Notes: generated by a model not told the origin, from the sequence alone. Positions 27,759 through 39,400 are shown, counted from the first letter of the stretch. The stretch is 64,000 nucleotides of DNA from an uncultured Sarcina sp. (GCA_963557775.1 CAUWDH010000020.1:2052-66051), one strand, 5' to 3'. A program made the numbers and translations.

Positions 27759-28535
27759 TTACTTTTCTTTTAATTTTCTATAATATTCTTCTAAAGTAAT
27801 ATTTCCATATTCCTTAATTATTTCAAAAATCTCATCTTCTCTTATTTCATACAACAATTTCATTTCATCATTAAGAACATAGAAAACATTAAATTTATTT
27901 TTTTCTATATAACTAATAATAGAGAGCATAGTCTCTTCATAATGTACGGAAATAGGTTGGTTTATCATGTATTTTTTATTTTTAAATCTTATTTGTTTTT
28001 TTATTAGTTGATCTAAAACTATATACATTGATTTATTCTTATCTTTATAGCTTATAAATATAATAAATATTCCTATTACAATTAAATTTATATTTATTAA
28101 ATTTTTAGGAATTAAAATTCCTCCTAATATTACTATAAAAAAACCAACTAAAATACTAATATAAACCATAAATCTATTAGCACTTTTATACAATAATAAT
28201 CTTGCTAAAATACATCTTAAAATTTTAGCTCCATCTAAGGGATAGGCTGGCAATAAATTTAATAGTCCCAAAGTTAAATTTATTTCCATTATATCCTTAA
28301 AACATTTAATACCATAGTTTTCTAATATCAAATAAGATGTAAAAGCCAAAATTAAATTTGCTATAGGTCCTGCTAAAGCAACTATAAATTCATCGCTTAT
28401 ATCAAGTCCATCATAATCTTCAATTTCTAATGAAGCACCAAATCCATGTATATTGAATTGATTAACCTTTATTTTTAGTATTAATGCCACTATATAATGA
28501 GAAAATTCATGTATTATTATAAAAAGAAATCCCAA
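27759..28535 (-). CDS. spoIVFB: M50 site-2 metalloprotease SpoIVFB-like with a C-terminal CBS-like domain; N-terminus probably extends to 28604
   Basis: HEFSH zinc motif and NLLPAYPLDG motif. The tracked ORF begins at a TTG only 8 codons before HExxH. The frame stays open upstream to 28607 (NIKISKWIIPQLLIFFIIGKKNFI), and AGGAG lies 8 nt before an ATA codon. Confidence 0.75.
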   Translation of the reverse strand: MGFLFIIIHEFSHYIVALILKIKVNQFNIHGFGASLEIEDYDGLDISDEFIVALAGPIANLILAFTSYLILENYGIKCFKDIMEINLTLGLLNLLPAYPLDGAKILRCILARLLLYKSANRFMVYISILVGFFIVILGGILIPKNLININLIVIGIFIIFISYKDKNKSMYIVLDQLIKKQIRFKNKKYMINQPISVHYEETMLSIISYIEKNKFNVFYVLNDEMKLLYEIREDEIFEIIKEYGNITLEEYYRKLKEK

Positions 28536-28631
28536 TATAAAGTTCTTTTTACCTATTATAAAAAAAATTAATAACTGTGGAATTATCCACTTGCTTATTT
28601 TTATATTTTACACTCCTATTAACTGCTACTC

Positions 28632-29471
28632 TTAATTTTTACTATGATTTATATTTAAATATTCTTTAAAACTAAAATATTTTTCATTTTTTTTCATCTT
28701 TAGTTTTACATCTCCTTTGCTTTCCCTTTGTCCTATTATTTCTCCACTAAAAATTTTTTCTCCTTTAGCAACCTTTGCTTTACCCACATTATAATAAATC
28801 CCTTTTAGCTCATTTTCATACTTTATTTCTACTACTTGCTCTCCATTATCTTCACTTACAGCAACTACTTCACCATCTAATAAAGCTATAACTTCACCAT
28901 GAGCATCTTTAAAAATTATGTTATTATTAAGTTCTTCTACTTCGCTATAATTTTTAACTGTCCTCTTATCATCAGATTTTATTTTTTCTCCTTCTTCCTT
29001 TGTGACAATACTATTATTATTTAACTTAAAGGATGATACAGTCTGTGAATCATTACTTAATTCTTCTTTGACTTCTTCTTCTTTTTTTATTTTTTCATTA
29101 TTTTTATTACTGAGTTTACCAACATTTTCAGATATATTCAATTTGCTAATAAATTTTGAAATAGCCTCTTTATGATTTCCCTTTTCTTCTATGGTTAATT
29201 TCATATTATCATAAAGTCTTTTCCCTTCTGCTCCAAGGAAATATTTTATTCCAATAATTCCTCCAAATAATATAATTGATGCTATAGTAGTTCCAAATAA
29301 CCCCTTAAAAAAATATGTTACAATACTTCCAGTATCATTTTTATTTTTATTTCCATATCCATAATCAAATTCTCGTTCATGATTTTCTTCTGGCTGTATA
29401 AAGTCATTATTTTTACTTACTCTCCTATAATAATGTCTATACTCATTATCATATTTACCCATTTTTATCAC
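28632..29471 (-). CDS. Membrane protein with a degenerate C-terminal M23/LytM domain (SpoIVFA-like)
   Basis: One TM helix at about aa 55-78. The C-terminal LytM-like beta domain lacks obvious HxxxD/HxH ligands. Lies immediately upstream of spoIVFB. Confidence 0.55.
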   Translation of the reverse strand: MIKMGKYDNEYRHYYRRVSKNNDFIQPEENHEREFDYGYGNKNKNDTGSIVTYFFKGLFGTTIASIILFGGIIGIKYFLGAEGKRLYDNMKLTIEEKGNHKEAISKFISKLNISENVGKLSNKNNEKIKKEEEVKEELSNDSQTVSSFKLNNNSIVTKEEGEKIKSDDKRTVKNYSEVEELNNNIIFKDAHGEVIALLDGEVVAVSEDNGEQVVEIKYENELKGIYYNVGKAKVAKGEKIFSGEIIGQRESKGDVKLKMKKNEKYFSFKEYLNINHSKN

Positions 29472-29500
29472 CCATTACTTTTATTTATAAATTTCTTACT

Positions 29501-29626
29501 TTATCTAATATCTAGATTTTGTACTGCTTCCCTTTCCCTCAAATAGTAAATAATTAGTCTCATAGCTCTAGATAAATTTTATTAAATATTTAAATAAAGT
29601 TAAAACACTACCTAAATTAAGTTTAT
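29501..29626 (-). repeat. Dispersed intergenic element, copy D (full length)
   Basis: TTATCTAATATCTAGATTTTGTAC ... CTCTAGATAAAT ... TAAATAAAGTTAAAACACTACCTAAATTAAGTTTAT. The 3' hairpin needs four G-U pairs and so forms only as minus-strand RNA. It ends 29 nt upstream of the M23 gene ATG. Confidence 0.7.
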
Positions 29627-29660
29627 ATATACTTATTTATATTTAAGTAAAGTTATTTAT

Positions 29661-29706
29661 AGAACAAAAAAAACTTTAGGGATTAGTTTAACTAATCCCT
29701 AAAGTT
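29661..29706 (-). terminator. Terminator immediately after the rodA stop codon
   Basis: AACTTTAGGGATTAGT (29672-29687) pairs with ACTAATCCCTAAAGTT (29691-29706), with T8 on the minus strand. Confidence 0.8.
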
Positions 29707-30831
29707 TTAAAAATGAAGTCTTCTTTTTCTCATATTAATGTTTAATACAAGTCCTATACATGCTATAGTTGTTAAAAGTGAACTTCCTCCATAACTCACC
29801 ATAGGCAACGTTATACCTGTTATAGGCATAAGACCTATGGTCATTCCAATGTTTTGGAGTATGGCAAATATGAAATATGATGCTAGGCCTATGGAAATTA
29901 TAGTTCCAAAGTTATCCTTAGCTTGTCGCCCTGTATCAATCATTCCTTTTATTAATATTCCATATAAAATTAAAAGACAAGCAGCTCCAATTGTTCCCCA
30001 GTGTTCTCCTATTACAGTAAATATGAAGTCAGTTTGCTTTTCTGGAACGAATTGTGATGCATATCCACCACTTTCTGAACTTAAGTCAGCTCCTGTTCCT
30101 GTGAAACCACCTGATCCAATACCTATCATTGATTGGTTCAATTGAAGGTTTATGCCAAGTTTATTTTCATTTGGATGTAAGAATCCACTTAATCTTTGCT
30201 TTTGGTATGGATGAATTATATTTGTATGCCATACTAACACTAGTAATACAATTACTGCTGCAAGCCCAGAAAACAAGATTCTTAAGTCTAAACCAGCACA
30301 ATATACAATACCAACAACAATAAAGAAACAAACCATTGTCATTCCCATATCAGGCTGTACAAAGATAAATACCATTGGAATTATTGCATATATCACAATT
30401 TTAAGTAGATTTCTGAAATTGTTTATATTCATATCCATTTTATCTAATTGCTTTGCAAGCATAAGTATCATTGCTATTTTAGCAAACTCTGATGGCTGAA
30501 TACTGACTGGTCCAAGAACGATCCATCCTCTAGCTCCATTAATTGTAGTTCCTATAAATCTAGTTATAATAAGCATAACTATGGAACCCCAATAAAATAT
30601 ATCTACATATCCATAGATTATATTGTAATCCCATGCAAGCATAAAGTACATAACTATTAAAGATATGATAAAAAATATGCCTTGCTTTAATGCAAATTCT
30701 ATTCCCGACTGAGCATAAGTCCCTAGATATATGTTAAATATCCCAAAACACGCTATAGCTATAGTTGAGAACAAAATTTTATAATTCATATCTTTAAGTA
30801 GTCTTGGATCTAATTTAAAATTTCTAAACAT
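29707..30831 (-). CDS. rodA: SEDS peptidoglycan glycosyltransferase RodA
   Basis: 374 aa, about 10 TM helices, FtsW/RodA/SpoVE motifs (PSEFAKI, TDFIF, GGSS). Lies next to minCDE and PBP2. Confidence 0.85.
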   Translation of the reverse strand: MFRNFKLDPRLLKDMNYKILFSTIAIACFGIFNIYLGTYAQSGIEFALKQGIFFIISLIVMYFMLAWDYNIIYGYVDIFYWGSIVMLIITRFIGTTINGARGWIVLGPVSIQPSEFAKIAMILMLAKQLDKMDMNINNFRNLLKIVIYAIIPMVFIFVQPDMGMTMVCFFIVVGIVYCAGLDLRILFSGLAAVIVLLVLVWHTNIIHPYQKQRLSGFLHPNENKLGINLQLNQSMIGIGSGGFTGTGADLSSESGGYASQFVPEKQTDFIFTVIGEHWGTIGAACLLILYGILIKGMIDTGRQAKDNFGTIISIGLASYFIFAILQNIGMTIGLMPITGITLPMVSYGGSSLLTTIACIGLVLNINMRKRRLHF

Positions 30832-30917
30832 TAGATGCCCTCCAACTTTTGTTTTTTTGTTCTAATTTATATTGTAGCTTCTAACACTAATGTTTTAGTT
30901 TAAAAAAAGTTACGATT

Positions 30918-31178
30918 TTACCTTCCCCTCAAATTTTTTATTGGTATATTAGCTATAAGTGATGGTGTTTCTCCCTCTATATTACTTGATTTGGTTACTG
31001 CAATGTCAATGTCTTCCTCATCAATCTCAATATATTTGGACAATACCTCTAATATTTCTAACTTAATTTTATCAAGAGTTTCCTTAGAAAGCTCTCCTCT
31101 ATCATGTATCAATATCAACTTTAAGCGATCTTTGGCTACTTGCTTCGGAGAGGGTCTACTAGAAAATATTTTAAACAA
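30918..31178 (-). CDS. minE: Cell division topological specificity factor MinE
   Basis: MFKIFSSRPSPKQVAKDRLKLILIHDR, 86 aa, downstream of minD. Confidence 0.9.
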   Translation of the reverse strand: MFKIFSSRPSPKQVAKDRLKLILIHDRGELSKETLDKIKLEILEVLSKYIEIDEEDIDIAVTKSSNIEGETPSLIANIPIKNLRGR

Positions 31179-31205
31179 ATTTATCCCCCCATATTTTTGT
31201 TTACA

Positions 31206-32012
31206 TTATTTCTTAAATAGTCTAGATAATTTAGCAAAAAAACCACCTTCTGATGCAGCTTCTGGTTTTATTAATGGCACACCGTCATCAATAATTCTTT
31301 GTGCTACATTAAGGAAAAACTTCCCTGCTCTTGATTCCTTATCTAATACTATTGGCTCTCCTTTGTTCGTTGATATAGTTACTTTTTTGTCATCTGGTAC
31401 TACCCCTAAAATGTCTACAGATAGTATTTCTATTATGTCAGGTATATCTAGCATATCACCTTTTTGTGTCATTTCTGGGTTAAGTCTATTAATTAATAAC
31501 TTTTGATCCTTTTGAGGGTCTAATCCCTTTGGATCTAACTTCCCTATAACTCTATCTGCATCTCTTACTGATGTTACTTCTGGATTAACTACTATTATTG
31601 CTTTATCAGCACCTACAACAGCATTTTCAAATCCTTGTTCTATTCCTGCAGGACAATCTATTAATATATAATCAAATTCTTCCTTCAACTCGCTTATAAG
31701 TCTTAACATTTGTTGACTTGAAATATCATCCTTATCTCTTGTTTGTGCTGTTGGTAATAAGAATAAATTTGGAAATCTTTTATCCTTTATAAGCGCTTGC
31801 TTAGTTCTACATTTATTCTCAATTACATCTACTATGGTATATACAATTCTATTTTCCAACCCCATTAATACATCAAGATTTCTTAGCCCAGTATCTCCAT
31901 CAATAAGCACTACTTTTTTTCCTAAAGACGCTAATGCTGTACCTATATTAGCTGTGGTTGTTGTTTTTCCAACGCCTCCCTTTCCAGATGTTATTACTAT
32001 AGACTCTCCCAT
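31206..32012 (-). CDS. minD: Septum site-determining ATPase MinD
   Basis: Deviant Walker A SGKGGVGKTT and a C-terminal amphipathic helix. Confidence 0.95.
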   Translation of the reverse strand: MGESIVITSGKGGVGKTTTTANIGTALASLGKKVVLIDGDTGLRNLDVLMGLENRIVYTIVDVIENKCRTKQALIKDKRFPNLFLLPTAQTRDKDDISSQQMLRLISELKEEFDYILIDCPAGIEQGFENAVVGADKAIIVVNPEVTSVRDADRVIGKLDPKGLDPQKDQKLLINRLNPEMTQKGDMLDIPDIIEILSVDILGVVPDDKKVTISTNKGEPIVLDKESRAGKFFLNVAQRIIDDGVPLIKPEAASEGGFFAKLSRLFKK

Positions 32013-32027
32013 TTTTTATTACCTCCA

Positions 32028-32675
32028 CTATATTTTATATGTATACTTATTAGGAAGATATGGCTCAACAATTATTTCTCCATCCTTTAACCTTGCAATT
32101 TCAGGGTATTTTGGCTTTTCAAAATCATCTGGTGAAATTGTCATTATCCCTGCTATTGACAATATTTCTGGTTCTAAAGAAAATGCTGATATTATTGCTT
32201 TTTGATTTCCATTATTCCCTGCAAAGACACGACCTTTTATAGTCCCAAAAACTATTACATTTCCTAGAGCGACAACTTCTGCACCATGATTAACATCACC
32301 AATAATAACTATATTCCCTGAATAAGTTATTCTTTGTCCACTTCTTACAGGTCTTCTAAAAAATTTTGTTCTTCCTTCATATACCCCTTGAAAATACTTG
32401 GTTTCTTTTTCTTCCACTTCTACATCCATAAAAATGCAATCTTTAATTAGAATTTCATCAAATAAAGCATCTTTCAATTTTGAAATTTGTCTTTCATTTA
32501 TATGCTTTAAATCTGTTGTTATAGTCAAGGTAGCACCTTTATAAAAATTCTTTCCTGAACTCAGTTTTTTTAGAAGAGCTTCCATCATCTCTTCAAAATC
32601 TCCAAACTTATCCATATTTATGACAGCATTTAATCCATGTTTGTTACCTTTAATAATAATATCTCTATTTTGCAT
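32028..32675 (-). CDS. minC: Septum site-determining protein MinC
   Basis: The C-terminal beta-helix repeats ([28 protein letters not shown]) are typical of MinC. I prefer ATG 32675 ([10 protein letters not shown]) with a GGAGG SD. Confidence 0.85.
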   Translation of the reverse strand: MQNRDIIIKGNKHGLNAVINMDKFGDFEEMMEALLKKLSSGKNFYKGATLTITTDLKHINERQISKLKDALFDEILIKDCIFMDVEVEEKETKYFQGVYEGRTKFFRRPVRSGQRITYSGNIVIIGDVNHGAEVVALGNVIVFGTIKGRVFAGNNGNQKAIISAFSLEPEILSIAGIMTISPDDFEKPKYPEIARLKDGEIIVEPYLPNKYTYKI

Positions 32676-33007
32676 AGTGACTAATAACCTCCAAAATAAG
32701 CATACAAAGTTTCGTTTATTCAAATGCAAAATATTTTCTATTTTGCACATATAACTATTATATAGTTATTTTCTCACTTATTAAAGTATTTATTTCGCTA
32801 TAAATCAAAAAAATCATTCAATTTATTGTAAACTTTGTTTTTTTTAGGTTAACAAAGCTATTTTTGTATGTTTTTTAATTTCATATTAAATTTAACAATC
32901 AAAAAAACTATAATTTCTCACTATTAGATAGATAAAAAGAAAAAGCCAAATAACTACTTGATAAATCTTACCTTAAGATTTATCTTATAGTAATTTGACC
33001 TTTTTTA

Positions 33008-36000
33008 TTAGTCTACATTCTCTTCTGTAGGTGTTGGGTTATTTGATTCAATTCTATTTTTATTTTCTTCTATTTCACCTTTTACTTCATCCTCATTAGT
33101 CTCTGTCTTATACAAGACTTCATTATCTTTCACATCTTGTAAGTCTGGATTTAAAGTATAAGTATACTCATCCCCTGCCATAGTTCTAGGTTTATATGAT
33201 GGGAACTTTTCTTTTAACTCATCTCTCCAGTAAGTTTCATAAATAGCTCTTGCAACTGGTGCTCCTAAATAACCATTTATACCATCATATATTACTACAG
33301 CTACTGCTATTTGAGGATCTTCAACTGGTGCAAAAGATACATACACACCAAAAGCCTGTCTTCCTAATTCTTCTTGACCAGCTTTAAATGTTGCTGTTCC
33401 TGTTTTACCACCTGTTTGTATTGGGAAATTCCCAAACACACTATAACCAGTTCCTCCAGAAGGATCATGGTTAACCATTCTCATTCCTTCTTTTATAGTA
33501 TCAACAGTTGATTTTTTCATATCTATTTTATCTAATACAACAGGCTTAACCTCTTCTATTAAATTACCTTCATAATCTGATATTTTATCAACTAAACTAA
33601 CCTTATATCTTGTTCCTCCATTAACTAAAGTTGATATATAACTTGCTAATTGAAGTGGTGTATAAGCATTAGTTGATTGCCCTATAGCTGAAAATGCAAG
33701 TTCAGCTGGTGTTGTAGCTGACATTTTAACTGTTGTTGTCATCCAATCATAAGTTTCTTGTGCTGTCTTTTCAAATACGTCATCTGCTGATACTTTTGAA
33801 TTATTAACTTTATTATCTATAGTTTCCTTATAAGTTGGAAGCTCTTTATATAAAGTTTTTAATCCCGCTATAGCTTCTGCCTTAAACTCTTCCTTCATAG
33901 CAATACTTCCAAAGTTAGGCTCACCTATTTGATTTAAATACTTCTCTATTATATTTTTGTAATCTTGTTTAGCTTTAGCAACTTCAGCTGAATCTGAATC
34001 GTTTTTACCTATTTCAACAGGTGTAAATTCATATCCACCTTTAAACTTACCATTTCTCATTGCTTCAACTAAATCCCATCTCATATAATAGATTGTATTC
34101 TTTTTAAATGATTCAAAATTATAAGTGTTACCAAAGTTTTCAGCTATTTCTATTCCTGTTCCAGCAACAGTATCACTTTTTGGATCTTTTCCAAGACCAA
34201 ATCTCCAAGCATATTTAGCTATACTATTTAATCCTTCTACAGAACTATTATATTTTCTGTATAATCTAACTCCAATTTCATAGTATAATGAGTTACAAGA
34301 TTTTTGTAATGCTCCTTTAATATCAACAGTTCCATGATTCTTATTATCCTTTGGAGTTCCTATTAAATCAGCATATTTTATAAATCTAAGACCACTACCT
34401 AAAACAGCTCCATCACTTACTGTCTCATTAAGTCCTATTACATTCTCCTCTAATCCAGCAACAGAAGTAAGTGGCTTAAAAGTTGATCCTGGTTGGGTTA
34501 AACCTAACGTTGCATAATTGTACATTGGTTTTGGATAAACATCATATAAATCCTGTCTAAAACCATTTTCATCCTTAGGGAACAACTCATCAACAGTTTT
34601 ATTTAATCCCATTCTTCTAATGAACTCTTTCCCAAACTCTTCAAGATTAGGATTCATAAGTTCTTTAGCCTTTTCTGAATGTATATTTCCATTAGCAAAC
34701 ACATTAGGGTCAAAGCTTGGATAGCTAGCCATAGATAAAACCTTTCCTGTTTTTACATCTAATGCAACCGCAGCCCCTCTTGTAGCATTTTTGCCTTTTC
34801 CCACATTTTTTTGTATATACTCTAATTGAGTTTTTAACATTCTCTCTGTAGATGATTGAATATCTTTATCTATACTAAGAGTAATACTGTTTCCTGGAGC
34901 AGTCTGTAATGAATATAAAGTTTCAATAGGTCTGCCATGAGCATTTACTTTAACCATATCTCCACCTTTTGTCCCCTTTAATTGAGCTTCAAAAGCAGCT
35001 TCTATTCCAGATCTTCCTACTAAATCGCTAGATACATCATATCCTTGATCTACATATTTTGACTTTTGCGAACTTGGTATAGCACCCACATATCCAAGAA
35101 CACTTGATGCTAATTCATTATAAGGATAATATCTTACAGGATCTTGATTTATATTTATTCCTGGTAAATCACTTAATTTTTGATAAAATATAAAAGCTGT
35201 ATCATCTTTTATACCTTGAGCTAAATTAACATCCTTAAAGCTTGAAAAACTTTGCATTTTTGCTGCATCTTTTACAAGCATATACTTTCTTATTTGCTCT
35301 AAACTATAAGTTTTTCTTAACTCATCTAAAATTTCTTTTCCAGTTTTGTTTTTATATTCTTCTTTAAAAGCCTTTCTAAACTCCTTCTCTTCAGTTTCGT
35401 TAGAGAAAGTTTTATTTTTAAGTAATAATTGCTTCATATCGTATTGTTCAATTAAATACTCAAAAGCTTGCTCTGGAGTTATTGTTAAAAGTACCTCATC
35501 GATTTTTGCACTTTGTTCTGCTGTTAAATCTCCTTCTGCTTTAGGATATAATTTTTTTCTGACCTTCTCATCAAGTCCTCTATCTTTTTTAAATCTTAAT
35601 TCAGCTGCTTTTAAATTTTCTTCATTTTCAAAACCAAAATCAAAGGCTAGATTTCCATCTTTATTTATTATTAAATCCATATTATCTTGTATTTTTTCAC
35701 CATTATCATCTAATATCTTAAAGACTTTATCCATTATGCTGTAAAACTTCTTTTTTGACTCGGTAGTTTCAGTAAAAGTTAATGTATAAGTTTGCTTATT
35801 AGCTGCTAATACATTACCATTTTTATCATAGATTTTTCCCCTTGGAGCTTTATCAGACATAAATCTCATAGATCTATTATCTGCTCTTTCCTTAAACTCT
35901 TCGTAATTAAAAACTTGAAGAGAAAGTAATTTTAATACTATGACGGAGAATATAACGCACATTATTCCAGTTAGACCATTAAATCTATCTGACTTTTTAT

Positions 36001-36028
36001 TTTTTTTATTTAATTTTAGTTTTTTCAT
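33008..36028 (-). CDS. Class B penicillin-binding protein 2 paralog A (1006 aa, expanded)
   Basis: N-terminal TM anchor, with transpeptidase motifs STFKP, SCN and KTGTA. Collinear with the neighbouring PBP2 over its full length. Confidence 0.85.
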   Translation of the reverse strand: MKKLKLNKKNKKSDRFNGLTGIMCVIFSVIVLKLLSLQVFNYEEFKERADNRSMRFMSDKAPRGKIYDKNGNVLAANKQTYTLTFTETTESKKKFYSIMDKVFKILDDNGEKIQDNMDLIINKDGNLAFDFGFENEENLKAAELRFKKDRGLDEKVRKKLYPKAEGDLTAEQSAKIDEVLLTITPEQAFEYLIEQYDMKQLLLKNKTFSNETEEKEFRKAFKEEYKNKTGKEILDELRKTYSLEQIRKYMLVKDAAKMQSFSSFKDVNLAQGIKDDTAFIFYQKLSDLPGININQDPVRYYPYNELASSVLGYVGAIPSSQKSKYVDQGYDVSSDLVGRSGIEAAFEAQLKGTKGGDMVKVNAHGRPIETLYSLQTAPGNSITLSIDKDIQSSTERMLKTQLEYIQKNVGKGKNATRGAAVALDVKTGKVLSMASYPSFDPNVFANGNIHSEKAKELMNPNLEEFGKEFIRRMGLNKTVDELFPKDENGFRQDLYDVYPKPMYNYATLGLTQPGSTFKPLTSVAGLEENVIGLNETVSDGAVLGSGLRFIKYADLIGTPKDNKNHGTVDIKGALQKSCNSLYYEIGVRLYRKYNSSVEGLNSIAKYAWRFGLGKDPKSDTVAGTGIEIAENFGNTYNFESFKKNTIYYMRWDLVEAMRNGKFKGGYEFTPVEIGKNDSDSAEVAKAKQDYKNIIEKYLNQIGEPNFGSIAMKEEFKAEAIAGLKTLYKELPTYKETIDNKVNNSKVSADDVFEKTAQETYDWMTTTVKMSATTPAELAFSAIGQSTNAYTPLQLASYISTLVNGGTRYKVSLVDKISDYEGNLIEEVKPVVLDKIDMKKSTVDTIKEGMRMVNHDPSGGTGYSVFGNFPIQTGGKTGTATFKAGQEELGRQAFGVYVSFAPVEDPQIAVAVVIYDGINGYLGAPVARAIYETYWRDELKEKFPSYKPRTMAGDEYTYTLNPDLQDVKDNEVLYKTETNEDEVKGEIEENKNRIESNNPTPTEENVD

Positions 36029-36366
36029 CAGCCTTATGTACTCCCGTAATGCTAAACATTCTGCTCATAGATTTTTTAAATTTACTTATATAAAAAAATA
36101 ACTATTTTTTTATTTAATCTTATATTCATAATATTACACTATCACTTATAAAATATACTTGATTAATCTATAAGCCATAACGGTTCCTCCCCCCTTATTA
36201 AAATCATGTAATGTAACTTTATTTTATTATTTTCTATACTTACTATTATATAGCTTTTTTTAGCTAGATTATTACTTTTCAAAGAAAGTATACAAAATAT
36301 TAAAATAATATCATATAAAGTTTAAACTTTTGGATATTATTGTAATTTATTTTGTAAATTTATTTC

Positions 36367-36395
36367 AAAAAAAAGGAGCTACCTATAGTAGCTCC
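36367..36395 (-). terminator. Terminator after the mreBCD-mrdA operon
   Basis: GGAGCTAC (36375-36382) pairs with GTAGCTCC (36388-36395), with T8 on the minus strand. Confidence 0.8.
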
Positions 36396-36402
36396 TATAT
36401 TC

Positions 36403-39400
36403 TTATGAATATGAATCATTTGTATTTCCTGTTTCATATACAACTTTATCACCTTTACCATACACAGGATAATAAGTTCCTTTAAGAGTTATATCTGGTG
36501 TTGGTGGATCTAATGAATAAGTATAATATGAATATGGATCATTTTCTAAAATACCATTACCATCATCTGTATGTGGACGATAATATGGATATTTAGTTTT
36601 AATTTCATCTCTAAAGTAAGTTTCATAAACTGCTCTAGCTGCAGGTGCTCCTAAGAATCCGTGAATACCATTGTATATTACTGTTACAACTGCTATTTGA
36701 GGATCTTTAACTGGTGCAAAGGAAATATAGTTACCCCAAGCTGCTCTACCTACAGATTTTTCAACCTTAGCATTAAGAGCAGCTGTACCTGTTTTACCTG
36801 CACTAGGTATAGGGAATCCTTCTTGCATCATTACTATAGCTGCTGTTCCCTTAATTTTATTATTAACTTCCCACATACCATACTTAATATCATTTAAGTC
36901 TTTAGTTGGTATATTTATTTTATCCATAACTTGTGGCTTATATTGATATATAAGCTTTCCTGTTGGAGAAGTTATTTTATCAAGTAAATGTAACTTATAT
37001 CTAGTACCACCATTTGCTAAAGTAGCTGTATATTGAGCTAATTGTAAAGGAGTAAATTCGTTAGCACCTTGTCCAATTGCTGCATATCCAAGCTGTGCTG
37101 GTGTTCTTATACTTGTGTACATTGTTGATACTACCCATATATCAATTGCTCTTGCAGTAGCTTGTAAGTTAGCTTCTAAAGTTAACTTTGGATCTTTCGC
37201 TTGAGCTGCCTTAAAGGCTTCTTGATATTGTGATGATAATTTATAAATATTATTTAATTGTCCTATTAAGTCATTTTGGAATGCAGTTTGTGCCACATTA
37301 CTTTGAATATCTTCTACTCCAATTTTATTTAATTGAGAGTATACTGTCTTCTTAAATGTTGCTTTAGCTTCTGCTAATTCTGCTGGATCACTTGAATCTT
37401 TTTCAACATTAACAGGTACAAAACTAACTCCTTGACTTGGGAATTTACCAGCTTTTAAGTCAGCAACTAAATTCCATTGAGAATAGAATATCTCATTAGC
37501 CTTCCAGTCTTGGAAGTTATAAGCATTACCAAAGTTCTCTGGTAACTCTATTCCTGTAGTAGCTGGTTGCTTACTTCCTGGAAGCGTACCTAAACCAAAC
37601 TTTTCTGCATATTCTGCAACCACATCTAAGGCGTTTGTTGAAGCTCCAAATTTATAATAAATTTTAGCTGCCATATTGTAGAAATAAGTATCACATGATC
37701 TCTCTAAGGCAGTTGCTAAATCAACAGCTGGTCCAAAGTAGTTATTATCATGTGGTGGATCATTACCAAATATAGTTGGCTTAGCTTCATAAGTATATGG
37801 ATATGGTGTTGTTGCAATTGTAAAGCTTGGAGTTGTTACTCCAGTCATTAATGAAGCTACTGACATAAGTGGTTTAAATGTTGACCCAGGCGCTACAAGT
37901 CCCATTGTTGCATTATCAAACATTGGTTCTGGAAGAACATTATATAAGTCTTCTCTTTGACCATTTGGCCCTATTGGGAACATTTGATTTAATGTCTTTT
38001 TAAGATGCATCTTATCAATGAACTCTTGTCCTAATTTTGCTATGTCTGGATCGAAATATTCATTATAAACCTTTTGGCTTATGCTTCCTGACGCAAAATC
38101 ATTAGGATTAAAGTTTGGTAAACTTACCATAGCAAGTATACCTCCAGTATGAACATCTACTGCAACTAAAGCTGCTTTAGTTGCTGCTGTGCCTTCATAT
38201 TTTTGTATAAAGTTCATTTGTTGTTGTAATGCTCTTTCAGCTGAATACTGTAAATTTTTATTTATAGTTAAATATACATTATCCCCTGGAACTGCCTCTT
38301 GTGTATATAATGTTTTAGTTGCTCTTCCTTGGGCATCAACTTGAACAACCTTTTCTCCTGGTGTTCCTCTTAAAACATCTTGTTCAGCTGCTTCCATTCC
38401 AGAAATACCAACTAAAGCATTTGAGCTATATCCTTGCTCTTCATAAGTTTGACTTTCACTAGCTGGAATATGTCCTATATATCCTAAAACATGTGATGCT
38501 AAAGTTCCATATGGATAATATCTTTCATATTGTTTACTAATATTTATTCCTGGTAAACTGCTAAGTCTTTGATCAAACATTAAAGCTGTATCTTTACTTA
38601 TTCCTTTAGCTATAACAATTGGATCATAACCTGAATAACTTTCTAACTTTAATTGATCCTTAACAACCATAAACTCTCTTATTTCTTGTAAACTATAATG
38701 TTGTAAAAGAATTTCGGTTTCCTCTTTACCTGACATTTTTTGATAAGCTTTAGTAAATGCTGTTTGTTCTGCTGTAGTTAATGTCTTATTTATATTAAGC
38801 ATATTTATAAGTCCATAACTCTTAACTAAATCATAAAATATATCATCAGGTGTATACTGAAGAATTATTTTATTTATTGCTTCTCTTTGAGCAGTTGTAT
38901 AAGTCCCATTAGCTTTTGGATATAATTTATTAGCTACAGATCCTTCAACTCCTCTATTCCACATGAATTGAATTTCTTGGTCATTCCATCCGGTAGGATT
39001 TTTCTCTTTATTTATTGGAAAATCAAAATACATTTGACCTTCACTGTTTATTTTTAGTGGGAAATCATCTGAAACCTTGTTAATATCTCCACTATTTTTT
39101 AGCATTTCAAAAACTGTATTCATCGTATTATAAAAATCATTCATAGATTCTTGTGTATCTGTAAATGTTATTACATTTATTGATTTATTTGTTGCTAATA
39201 AATCACCATCTGCCGACAAAATATTTCCTCTTGGAGCCGGTATTGTAATAACACTAGTTGCTCTACCTTCTGCCTGCTCTGTAAAACTTTGATGATTAAA
39301 CACTTGTATATCAACAAGTTTAGCAATTAGAATCACAGCTATAATAACAAAAATGATCATTAATACTCGATATCTGCTAACAGCTTTTTTCTTCCTGAAG

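Noticed and set aside
30991-32242. Plus-strand ORFs 30991..31506, 31834..32205 and 32060..32242, antisense to minE/minD/minC
   Set aside because: They overlap unmistakable min genes and have Ser/Leu/Ile-rich shadow-frame composition.
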